Of a DNA stretch of 64,000 bases, positions 12,583-24,369 are shown one piece after another. How positions within the stretch are numbered: position 1 is the stretch's first letter; every line of letters begins with the position of its first letter. The DNA comes from Flaccisagitta enflata (Eukaryota): contig OZ231126.1 in NCBI GenBank assembly GCA_965153355.1, forward strand, positions 38,254,001-38,318,000, given 5' to 3'. A program made the translations under genes and the position numbers. The notes beneath the pieces were generated by a model that was not told the origin of the DNA, did no database searches, and saw nothing but the letters and a program-made list of their open reading frames with translations.

Positions 12583-13555
12583 AACAGGTCGCCCAAGGGC
12601 AATATATGGTCAGCGATACCCTTTGCCCTGCTTTGAGTGATTGTGAGTTGGAGTGAGGGGAAGCAGGGCAGCGGCCCCGAAGGGGACGAAGTCCTGTAGA
12701 ACACAGGGGGACTTTTGTTTGTCCTGCCTTACGTGGATGAGATGCTACATAGAGGGTTGACTGAAGGCCTTCAAGAGCTTAAATTGAGGTCTAAGAAGGC
12801 TGATTTAGGGCCTGAGAATGCCAATTGGAAGCTTGAGAGGACTAACTTGAGGCCTAATTTGAGGCATGAGAGGACAGGTTTGAGGCATGGGAATTTCAAT
12901 TTGAGGCTTGCGAGGCCTAATATGAGGTCTGAAAGGCCAGGTTTGAGGCCTGAGAGGCCGGATTTGAGGCCTGAGAGGCTGGATTTGAGGCCAGAGAGGC
13001 TGGATTTGAGGCCAGAGAGGCTGGATTTGAGGCCAGAGAGGCTGGATTTGAGGCCAGAGAGGCTGGATTTGAGGCCAGAGAGGCTGGATTTGAGGCCAGA
13101 GAGGCTGGATTTGAGGCCAGAGAGGCTGGATTTGAGGCCAGAGAGGCTGGATTTGAGGCCAGAGAGGCTGGATTTGAGGCCAGAGAGGCTGGATTTGAGG
13201 CCAGAGAGGCTGGATTTGAGGCCAGAGAGGCTGGATTTGAGGCCAGAGAGGCAGGATTTGAGGCCAGAGAGGCTGGACTTGAGGTCAGAGAGGCTCTATT
13301 TGAGGCCAGAGAGGCTGGATTTGAGACCTGAGAGGCTGGATTTGAGACCTGAGAGGCTGGATTAGAGGCTTGAAAGGCTGGATTTGAGGCCTGAGATGCC
13401 GTATTTGAGGCCTGAGAGGCCAGATCTTAGGCCTGAGGGGCCTGATAAGGGGGGGGGAAGAACTAACGAACTAACGAACTAACGAACGGACGAACAAACG
13501 AAAGTCCCCCTGTGTTCTACAGGACTTCGTCCCCTTCGGGGCCGCTGCCCAAAAA
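12583..13555 (-). mobile_element. HINE-like element: ~50-bp inverted repeats enclosing a 21-bp minisatellite
   Basis: IR gggcagcggccccgaaggggacgaagtcctgtagaacacaggggg (from 12666) vs 13501-13550; unit gaggccagagaggctggattt about 20 times. Confidence 0.8.
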
Positions 13556-13694
13556 TCATTATTTCAGCCGATCTCGTCTAATCAAAATTATCGCGTTACC
13601 GTCTTCTGGACGGACGAACGGACCTACCTACCTACTGATACACCTTCTTAAAGTGTCGCTTAAGAAGGACTGTTTTTCATCTAAACTGTTCAAA

Positions 13695-14120
13695 TAAAAA
13701 CAAAGACAATCAAAACAAACAAAACAAAACAAACAAACAAAACAAAACAAAACAAACAAACAAACCAAACAAACCAAACGAACCAAACAAACCAAACAAA
13801 CAAAACAAACAAAACAAACAAAACAAACAAAACCAAACAAACAAACAAACAAACAAAAACAAAACAAACAAAAACAAAACAGACAAACAAACAAACAAAA
13901 CAAAAAACAAATAAACAATACAAATCAAACAAACAATACAAACAACAAACAAAACAAATAAACTAACAATACAAACAACAAACAAAACAAATAAACAAAC
14001 AAAACAAAAAACAAACAAAAAAATATACAAATCAAACAAACAAAACAGACAAAACGTTTGTTAGTTTTGTTTATTCGTATGTTTCGTTTGTTTGTTTGTT
14101 TTATTCGTTTCATTTGTTTT
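13695..14120. repeat. (AAAC)n-type microsatellite folding back into (GTTT)n
   Basis: Direct inspection; strand switch at aaacgttt near 14055. Confidence 0.9.
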
Positions 14121-14864
14121 CTTTGCCTTCTTTAAATCACTATCTCAAAAGAGCGAGTTTGTGTAAGCGTTTCAAACTTTCAATGTGTGATTCCACAACG
14201 CTGGAAGAGGTGTAGAGAATCTAGCAAACCTACTCTCATATAGGCAGATAGATAGATAGATAGATGGATAGATAGTTCGTTGGTCCATGTGTCTCTTCCT
14301 TGACTATTAGGTCATTTCGAAGGCCATTTACATTAATTCGAAATCATTCAATAAAGTCATTTCAAAGGTCGTTGTGGTCATTTCTGAAGCCATATAATTT
14401 TTTTTTGACCATTTTAGCAAAACAAGTCAATTTTGACATCCTTAAAGACCTTTAATTCACTTCACTTCAGTCATCTTTAAAATCAATTAGATCTATCAAA
14501 TTAAGTCTAGTAGTCATAGATTGTTCTTGTGCGCTCAATTTTGAGTAATTTGGCCTTTGGACTGGTTGAATTTTGAAACAGACAAACATGGAAGCCGATA
14601 AAGAGCAGATATCTCGATAGTGGGAAAGTTGAACAATTTTGCAAGGATAACGCGCATCGAGGCCACCTTGTGTAAACGCGAACAAAAAAGTGAAAGAAAA
14701 AGAAAAAAAGAAAAACAAAAGATAAACAAAAGAAACATGAACTGGAAAGAAAAGAAAATGTTGGAAGATCTTTTGAAGTCTTCCCTCCTAATTTGGATAA
14801 GGGAAAAAACTCGGGGACCTCCAAGGAGAACGTGAGAGAAGACCAATTATGAACGAGCCGGAGG

Positions 14865-14912
<48 letters not shown>

Positions 14913-15189
14913 GCAGGGGGAAAGGGTTCCAGAGGAAGATCTTTTATGCTGGACAGATAACAAAACAATGGCATTGTTTGAAAGAAAGGAAACGGACCGA
15001 TTTTTAACTCGATTACAAACCGATGAAAAAAGTTGCCAAAAAGGCGAATCCATTATCTCGTCTTTTTGTCACAAGATGTATTTGTTTCTGTGGCAGTGGT
15101 GGGCCACAGTAGGCCGTTTTGGGCAATACCAGCACTTTATTATTTTGGTCACTATATGGATTTTTTTTTGTACAATACAAACCTATTAG

Positions 15190-16260
15190 TGTATTAGAAG
15201 GTAAAATAAGGAAAAATATCCAGCTTTAAGGGCCCCAGAGGGCCCTATGGGCCCCAAAATGTCGATTTTGAGGAAAATAAGCTTTTTTGCCCATTTATTG
15301 TACTAAAATGATAACTTGGTGCCCATGAACTATCTTGCTTGAGTCAAGCTAACCCTGGTAAGCATTATCATAAAGTTTTACGGGCCCCAGAGGACCTTAA
15401 GGGCCTCAAAAAGGCCCAAAAACGCCAATTTTAAGGAAAAAAAAGCATTTTTTGCCCAGTTCTCACATTAAAATGATATCCTTATGCCTATATACTACCT
15501 TGCTTGGGTCAAGCTAGCCCTGGCAAGCAATCATGGAGCTTTATGTGTCCCAGAGGGCCCTAAGGGCCAAAAATAGCCAAAAATAGTTATTTTGAGGAAA
15601 AAAAGCTTATTTTCTCATTATTTTTAGTCAAATGACATCTTTAAGCCTTTGTACAAATTTACTAGGGTCAAGTTAGCCCTGGTAAGCAATATCACTGAGT
15701 TTTATGGGCCCCAGAGGACCCTAAGGGCCCAATAATGGCCAAAAAAAAGCAATTTTGAGCAAAATAAGCTTTTTTGCTAATTTTTGATGGTCAAATGATA
15801 TCTTCATGCCTATGTACAACCTTGGTGGGGTCAAGCTAGCCCTGGCAAGCAATATCAAAGAGTTTTACAGGCCCAAAGGGCCCAAAAAATGGCCAAAATG
15901 TGGCAATTTTGAGGAAAATAAGCTTTTTTGCACATCTTTTTTAGTCAAATGATATCTTCATGCCTATACACAACCTTGCTTAGGCCAAGCTAACTTTGGC
16001 AAGCAATATCATGGAGATTTGCGGGCTCCATGGGCCTTAAAGGGCCGCAAATTGAGGTTACAAGTGGTAATCGTGCTAATTTTGGTGATTTTTGCCTTAA
16101 ATAGTGTATCAATTTGCTATTTTCCATCCTTGGCAACTCTGCTTGAGTCAGAGTAGCACTAACAATCAATATCATATGGAATTACAGGCCTCAAGAGGCT
16201 AAAAGGGCCCAAACATGAGATTTCAAGCAAAAATATGGCAATTCAAGTTGATTTATGCCC
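15190..16260. repeat. ~178-bp satellite-like tandem array inside the Transib-like element
   Basis: gggtcaagctagccctggcaagc motif recurs near 15343, 15506, 15665, 15828, 15983. Confidence 0.8.
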
Positions 16261-16899
16261 ATGATTGTATATCAATTTTCTTTATGCTGATTCCATGTAA
16301 CCAAACAAACCCGGATGGGCAGCTGCCAGCGGGCGCAAGGAAAGAAATTGGCTGACATGACTGCAATATATTAAGGTCAAAGATCGATTGAAGGATGCTT
16401 CATGATTTGCATCATAAGTAGCTGGAGGATTATTTCCGCTATTAGGAATATGAGGGGGAAGAGGAGATCTTAAAGTAAAAGATCACCAGAGTAAAGGAGA
16501 GAGTGGGGAATTTTTAGTTGCAGACAAGCGACTCTTTAAGCCAGTTTGTGAGTTGGTTGGTCAGTTGGCTGTTCATCCATTTGTTGGTCTGTTGGTCTAT
16601 CCGTCCATCAAAAAGTCGCTATACTTGGATTTCTGTTGCCTACCTATTGAGTAATGTTATATATGGCCTTGTTCTACCTACAAATACATACGCCATTGCA
16701 ACTCAATTTTCAAACTGACCACAGGCTGATTATGATTGGGCCCAGGGCTTCACTGAGGATGTCTTGAGTTAGGGGAGGGATGTAGGAGAGGGATGTAGGA
16801 GAGGGATACTAAAGAGGGCTCAAGACCAGCTATGTCCGCGACTGGATTGCCGTGTATCCGGCTTTTAAGCCTCACATTATCTCAGGTTTTGGCCTTGTT

Positions 16900-17800
16900 C
16901 CCTTAACCACCACCGCACCTCCTCCTCCTCTACAGCTCCACCACCACCTTCACCACCATCTTGTCTTACATAGCACATTTTCCCGCTATGAACAAGAATT
17001 TCTCAAAGATCATCATTTTGAGCAATTTTTCACATTGCTGCTGCCCTCTACTACACCTCCTCCTCTCCTCCTCCTCCTCAGCTCCACCTCAACCACCACC
17101 TTCTACATTGTTCTTACCCACTATTGGCAAATGTGTTAATGAGCTTAGTCCCTCATCAATTTGTGCAATTTTTTAATTAACCCTTCTTCTCTCTTCCCAT
17201 TGCTCCTCCTCCTCCCCTCCTCCCTCCTCCTCCTCCTCCTCCTCCTCCTCCTCCTCCTCCTCCTCCTCCTCCTACCACCACCACCACCTTGTCATATACT
17301 GCACATTCATCTTACCCACTCAACAAGAATATGCAAATAAACTTGGTCTTATTTATAAATTTGCGAATTTTTGTCTGTGCCGCGCTGTCTTCTCCTCCTC
17401 CTTTCCTCCTCCTCCTCCTCCTACCACCACCACCACCTTGTCATATACTGCACAATCATCTTATCCACTCAACAAGAATATGCAAATAAACTTGGTCTTA
17501 ATTATAAATTTGCGAATTTTTTATTACACGCTATCTCCTCCTCCTCCTCCTCCTCCTCCCTCCTCCTCCTACCAACACCACCACCACCTTGTCATATACT
17601 GCACATTCATCTTACCCACTCAACAAGAATATGCAAATAAAACTTGGTCTTATTTATAAATTTGCGAATTTTTTCGATCTATTGCCACCGCTGTCTCCTC
17701 CTCCTCCTCCTCCTCCTCTCCTCCCCTCCTTCCCCACAACTTCCCTCACCTACCTAGTCATACAATGCACATTCCTTTTATCCACTATCAACAAGAATAT
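16900..17800. repeat. ~150-bp tandem repeat containing (CCT)n/(CCA)n
   Basis: cttgtcatatactgcacattcatcttacccactcaacaagaatatgc recurs near 17288, 17437 and 17588, with degenerate flanking copies. Confidence 0.85.
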
Positions 17801-18658
17801 GTTTTTTCAATAAACAATATATCAAAAAAAGTGGCTTAAAGATGAGAATTTACAATAGAGCAGATCTGGGATCCTTTTTATGAAAAGTGGTAAAATAGCA
17901 ACATGCTATTACTCCAAAATGGTGAGTTGTACAGTTATATGAGGAACCTGTCCCTGATAGACCATCACTAAAGTAAGAATTGCCAAAAAAATGTTCTTAA
18001 TGTTTTGGTGTACATAGCTAAAAAAATAAAACTGAATTTTTGCTCTTCCCCCCTCCATAGGATTATAATGGGAAGTCGCTCATTGATTTTTAAAAAATAC
18101 ATTTTTTAGTATTATGCAAAAACTATGAGTTGTACAGATATATGGAAACCTGATTATGAAACCACATAGTCTCCTCTACATATTTCAACCATAAAATGGT
18201 CTTAATGTTTTGGTGTACATGGTTTTAAAAAAATAAATAGAGTACTGACCACCTCTATTTTAAGCAAAATGAACCTCGTAACTCAATTTTTACCCCCCCC
18301 CCTGAGCCCCCAAAAGCCCAAAATGATCAAAAATTGTGATGGGTCCCTTCCACACTAACCAATACACTTCAGCTCCAATCATTATTTCATTATTTTTTTC
18401 ATTATTTAATTATTACTAAATTGGCCGTTTTTGCTTCCAGAGCCAGAGTCCGGGCAATTACATAGTGGGCACCTACTTCCGGTCAAGATAGGATCTTGTG
18501 GCTGGTTGAATGGAAGCATATAGACTAAAGATTAGGTTTGGCGTTTTTTTTTTCTTGAATTTTGACATACTGTGCCCTGTATAATACTGTGCTGGTTCGG
18601 CCCACTGTGTGGGCGAAGTTTGGCGGTGGGGGAGTATAAAATGCACAGGATTTGTGAG

Positions 18659-18853
18659 AACAAGTGACGCGGGGTCAAAATATCGTCGCGGACGGGTGGG
18701 CAGGGGCATCCAACCCCCATCCACATCCCGGGACACCCACTTACATGCACAAAAAGCATCTAACGCTTGTTTCCGCACTTTTCGACTCATGGTCACGGAT
18801 GGACAGACGAACGGACAAAGCCACTTATAAAGTTGCGTGTCCGCAACTAAAAA
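18659..18853 (-). mobile_element. Short HINE-like element
   Basis: aacaagtgacgcggggtc...agttgcgtgtccgcaactaaaaa. Confidence 0.8.
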
Positions 18854-19345
18854 TGAAATTGATTTCTACCCTTGTTAGCCTGGGAACACTTTTTAAAAGT
18901 TAAAGTATTCACATCGGATATGTGCCACTTGGAAAGAGTCAGAGCGAGGAAAAGGAAACGAGGGCCGATGGCGCTCAAGTCCGATTCTGAAGTTGGATGA
19001 TAAAGATAAGGCCAAGCTGGCCAACACGTGCTCCTTATGGCCTGATGGCCGAAAGTTTGCGTGACCGACCGACCAACGCATTCGACGGCCAACAAAAAAG
19101 GGAGTCGTCGAACGAATACGTTACCGATCAACAGACGGACACAGCCGGTCATAGAGGAGGCGCACCTAAAAATGACAACAATGCCGATACAAAAATGAGC
19201 AAACGTCACTCCAAAATACAGACGAATTGACGAATGTTCTCATCAAGAGAAGATCGGGCTTCCTTTTCGGACGCGGCCGAAGGCGGAAAAAGACACGACA
19301 TCAAAAGTCACGCAATCGCAAACACACAAAAAAAGGCTCACTTAA

Positions 19346-19530
19346 CAGTCAGTGGACAAACACAATAGGTGGATAATTCATATCATTGACTTCAATCCAA
19401 CCCACTGTTAATAAGTATAGTGTTGTTTATAATCACTGGTTGTTAAAATCACAGCCGGCTATACAGTATCACTCAAAATATAACTTTTATGCATCTTTTA
19501 TCCACCTATTGTGTTTTGTCCACTGGCTGA
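19346..19530. mobile_element. Small palindromic MITE, TTAA-flanked
   Basis: cagtggacaaacacaataggtggataa / ttatccacctattgtgttttgtccactg. Confidence 0.65.
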
Positions 19531-19850
19531 TTAATGGTCATAGAAATGTCTTGACAATCTCAGACAACAACAGATGAGGGGAAAACTGTCAAGAGAGACT
19601 GATATCATTTTTCAGCAGAAAAAAAAACATGGCAATACATCAAGGAAATATCATCACGAAAAAAGCTTTTGCATGTTTGACTGCTACTGATTTTGAGATG
19701 AGATTGAGATAAGCTGAGGAATTAAGGGTATAGGAAATCGTTTCCCAGACAAAAAGGAACAAGTTGTTATCCCAATGTCAACATGATGTAAACAAATCAA
19801 CCGTTAGAACTCAGAAGCCTTTCAAAATGAAAGAATTCCAACTTCTCCAC

Positions 19851-20168
19851 TAGAAACGGCTCAATTTGGGCATTCAAATGAAACACAATTTTCAAGCACT
19901 TTTCATGTTCCTTTTGCATATCAAGAGCTCATCCTTTTTGGATAATTGATTAGGACTTGATCCAGACACTACGCTGTAGTTTTGTAGAATTGATTGCTGG
20001 ACTTATGAGAAAAATTTCTCCCATATACAACTTCAGCATTGATGATCAGGTGCCTAGATCAAGTCCAAATCAATTTTCCAATGAGGTTGGGCTCTTAATA
20101 TGCAAATGGAACAGGAAAAGTGCTTGGAAATCATGTTTCGTTCAAATACCCAAATTGAGCCCACTCTA
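19851..20168. mobile_element. hAT-type MITE
   Basis: 8-bp TSD ttctccac on both sides, TAGA...TCTA ends, long imperfect TIR. Confidence 0.85.
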
Positions 20169-20744
20169 TTCTCCACATGATTTGAAATCATGTTTCACCA
20201 TCCCAACTCATCGGGGCGTGGACTGTCGCGGTCGGACAAACAGACAGACAAATGATCAGACAGACAGACGGACATATATTATACTGTTATTTGGAAATAA
20301 AGTCGAAGCAACGAAGTACCTTCGGCTTTTTGAGACCCGCAGAACTTTTTGGATATCCTTTTTCTCATGAGGCGTTTGGGAAAATTTATGTTTTTTTTCA
20401 AGCTGAATGAGCCTACTCATGAAATTAGCAGCTGAGAAAGAGCTAATTATTCTCCTTAAGATAGCGCCAAGCAGAATCCTGTGCAAACTGCAACCAATAG
20501 TTTTCGCGTTTCGATTTCTTGAATCTTTTTTTTTTTTTATCTTTTTTAACACTTTTCATACTTTCCCTGGATATTGATATTTTTCATATTTTCCCTGAAT
20601 ATCAATATTTTTCATTGATCCTAATTTCGAATCCTACATAACAGAAAAAAAAGTTACGCACATTGACTAACTTATAAGACTTTAGCTTTTAAGTCACTTG
20701 CATTTCACCCTGCTTGCTCATGGTTTTTGATGATGAACAAGTGG

Positions 20745-20880
<136 letters not shown>

Positions 20881-21065
20881 CATTTACAACTTTTTTCTTA
20901 CGGCGATTAACCACTGTTATTGGTACTGGTAGGATGATAGTGCAAGCATATATGCCTTTTTTTGCGTTTGTCTTCAAGTATCCCGGAGGCGTTGTTTTTT
21001 TTTCCTTTTTGTACCGTCAGGCCGTCAAAAAGTCAAATCAAAACTCAAACAATTACTTTTTTCTA

Positions 21066-22059
21066 CAGGGTGTTTCACGCGTTTTGAGGTTTAAAGAATC
21101 GACATAGCTTTTCTCCTAGAAAGGTTATTCCAATTCTGAAAAAAGGTCTGAATAGATCTTGAAGTGCAGTTTTTTTATGTCACCAATTTTTTATATCTGC
21201 GCTTTTAAATATGCCCACTATGTAAGTTTGAAGAAAACAACCATATCCAGCATGCATCTTTAATCCGGATAATTATGGCAAAAAAAATGGAAACTACTTG
21301 TTTGTTAGCGTTTCACATCCAAGCAATAAGAAAAACTTAGCAAAATCCATGATCATCTTGAAGCTCTGTGAAAGATCTTTCCAATGAGACCTTGCTGGTT
21401 GTCATATCTCTATCCGTTTAGAAATGGCAGAAGAATGAAGACCGGTGGTCAAGAATTTGGAAAGTCAGTAACACCTGATTTTCATGGGCTATCTTTATTG
21501 TAACATAGAAATTGAACAAATTGAGTTAGAAATTTGTTCTTGGCTCCATTTTATAGAAAATTCATGGCTCTTTAAGTTGCTCATGGATATTGAGTAGCTA
21601 AGACAATCCTGAGTTCGTAATTGACAAAAACAAAAAGAGTAAAATTTCTTGATGGAAAAGAATTGAAAGGAGCATTTTTTTCAATTTGTGATTTTTTTCT
21701 TTAATCTTTAGCCATTTCAAAATGAATGGAGCTACAACGTCCTGCAACGTCGCGTTTTGAAGATTTTTTTGCGGAGCTTTTAAACAGTCATGGATTTTTT
21801 GTAGTTCAGGCCAATAGTTGACCAGAAACTAAAAAAAGAAGTTGTCCATTTGTTTCTTTAACATGGTTAGTTAACTGGATAATGTTGTTTACTTTAAACT
21901 CCCGTAGCTCCCAAGCTAAAAAACGCAAATACAAAAAATTGGTGACATAAAAAAACTGCACTTCAAGATCTATTCAGACCTTTTTTCCGAATTGGAATAG
22001 CTTTTCTAGGAGAAAAGCTATGTCGATTCTTTAAACCTCAAAACGCGTGAAACACCCTG
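21066..22059. mobile_element. Tc1/mariner-type MITE, ~1 kb, TIR >130 bp
   Basis: ta|CAGGGTGTTTCACGCG ... CGCGTGAAACACCCTG|ta. Confidence 0.9.
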
Positions 22060-22979
22060 TACTCACTCCAATCTAAGAGCCTCCTCATAAATAAGTCACT
22101 AAAATTTTTCCACGATGAAACCTTTTATGGTCTCTGACAGATTAATGGCCTTTTTCTTGAAAAGTTTTGCCAATCGGAATTTAGACAGTCAGTGGGCAAA
22201 CGTGTTCCAATTAAGTACTCTACTCATGGACCTCGTCATTTACCATATAATTTTAGAGTGATCGAGTTTCCACTTCTTGCGCCAACTTAAGTGTTTTAAA
22301 GCACAGTTACACACCGTTAAAACGGATCCGGGAGTAATGGAAATCCGCCTGTAATGGATTTGAAATCTTAGTTCCTTTTCCTTAAATTTTAGTTGCAGAC
22401 ACGCAACTCTATATAAGAGGCATTTTCTATCTGTCCGTCTGTCACACACAAGTTGAAAACGCAAAAAAACGCGTATTTTGGATGCTGCAGTAAGTATTGT
22501 TTGTGTGTTTGTTGGAGGGGGGTTGAAGGTGTAGTTGGGATGAGGCTGGGGGTTGGATGCCCCTGCCCCCCCATATTGTGACCCAGCATTATTTTTTTTC
22601 TTACACTAGTTAAAATAAATCTACTTTTAACTAATGAAATTTCTCAGACCTTCAATATCCATTATTGCTAGGTTTAACTGTATTTGACTTACACCACTGA
22701 CCCCACCCGTTTATAATGTAAAGGTTCATCAGCATAACATGAAAATGCCATTATTTTCCTTCCACGACTATACGTTTTTAAGATGGATCTGTTTGTTAAA
22801 ACGAGAATTATGTTCTCAAGAGTCTCTTACGTATACTGTCATGAACTTAAATAATTTGACAACGGAAAGAGAAGAAAAAACAAAGAAGCTCCTCAGCGAA
22901 CATCAATGAACAAGACCGAGCACAAGTTCAGTCGCTTGAGGTTGGGCAGGGACAGCGAAGCCGAAAAAAGCGTTTCAAC

Positions 22980-24310
22980 CCGCCACATGCACAAGTTGAG
23001 CTAGCTGCATTATTTCTAGTCGCAAAAAAAAAATTGAGTGACGAGGCTAAAAAAGACTCAATCTTGTGTAAAAAAACCTGGGGAATCCAACCGTGACATT
23101 TTTACAGCCCTACGCGGGGGCTTTTAGAAACGGCCCCCAAAAAACACCCAAAAATGGCTATTTTTGGGTATTTTTGGCCTAAATTTGGCCAAGTGTTTAA
23201 TTTCATAGTTGGGGACACTTCAAGATGTAAGAGACTAGTAAAACAAGAATCATGATGATGGGGCTATTGTGGGGTACCTAAAAAGGCCCAAAAAGGACCC
23301 CTAAAGCGAAAAATAAATAGTTTTTTTTTCATTGAGGCCAAAAAAATTATTGGAATGCCTTCAAATTTAAAATGGAAGTTCCTTATAAATGCAACTACCA
23401 TCATGCAAAAATTTGTGGCCCTCTTTAAATGGCTTCATAGGAAAATTTGGCCACAAAAACCAAAAATCGCTCCAAAAAAATCAGTTTTTTTAGTTCATTG
23501 ACCTAAAAACAATATTTCAAGGTCAGGGTACCCCAATTTTTTTTTCTATTTTGCTAATATAAGATGTTTGGAGGTTCCAAAAAAAATTTCAGGCCATATT
23601 TCCAAAAAATGGCTGAGATATGACCATTTTAAGCGACGTGGTAAAAATGGAAAACGCCAAAAATGGTCATTTTTTGTGATTTTTTTAAAAAATTGGGTAC
23701 AAAAAGGGGTCCCGTTTATTTTAATTCATAGTTGGGGACACTACAAGATGTAAGAGATTATAAAAACAGGAATCATGATGATGGGGCTATTGTGGGGTAC
23801 CTAAAAAGGCCCAAAAAGGGCCCCTAAAGCGAAAAATATGTAGTTTTTTTTTCATTGTGACTACAAAAATGAATGGAATGCCTTCCAATTGGAAATGGAA
23901 GTTCCTAATAAATGCAACTACCATCATGTAAAAATTTGTGGCCCCCCTTAAATGGCTTCATAGGAAAATTTGGCCACAAAAAACAAAAATCGCTCCAAAA
24001 AAATCAGTTTTTTTAGTTCATTGACCTAAAAACAATATTTTAAGGTCAGGGTAGTCTCTTACATCTTGAAGTGTCCCCAATTATGAAATTAAACACTTGG
24101 CCTCCATTTAAATACCAAATTTTGGCCAAAAATACCCAAAAATAGCCATTTTTGGGTGTTTTTTGGGGGCCGTTTCGAAACGCCCCCGCGTAGGGCTCTA
24201 AAAATGTCACGGTTGGATTCCCCAGGTTTTTTTACACAAGATTGAGTCTCTTTTAGCCTCGTCGCTAAATTTTTTTTTTTTCAACGTAGCCCAACTTGTG
24301 CATGTGGCGG
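22980..24310. mobile_element. Foldback MITE with ~260-bp TIRs, 4-bp TSD and an internal direct duplication
   Basis: caac|CCGCCACATGCACAAGTTG ... CAACTTGTGCATGTGGCGG|caac; 23200-23530 repeated at 23720-24052. Confidence 0.85.
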
Positions 24311-24369
24311 CAACCCTCCCTCTCCATACGTAACCAACAGAATATACCTGCCAAACGACGGACGAACAG

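Larger units (their letters stand above)
15105..18609. mobile_element. Non-autonomous Transib-like DNA transposon (3505 bp)
   Basis: tgggc|CACAGTAGGCCG ... CGGCCCACTGTG|tgggc: 5-bp GC-rich TSD and CACAGT(A/G) termini; no transposase ORF. Confidence 0.85.

Noticed and set aside
12715-13365. 216-aa ORF of RPERLDL repeats
   Set aside because: Translation of a 21-bp minisatellite inside a dispersed element; related copies use 20-bp units that break the frame
14620-15189. Short plus-strand ORFs around (GA)n
   Set aside because: Low complexity, with no splice-consistent chain or recognisable motif
15105-18609. Autonomous RAG/Transib transposon
   Set aside because: No long ORF or DDE/RAG1-like sequence lies between the TIRs
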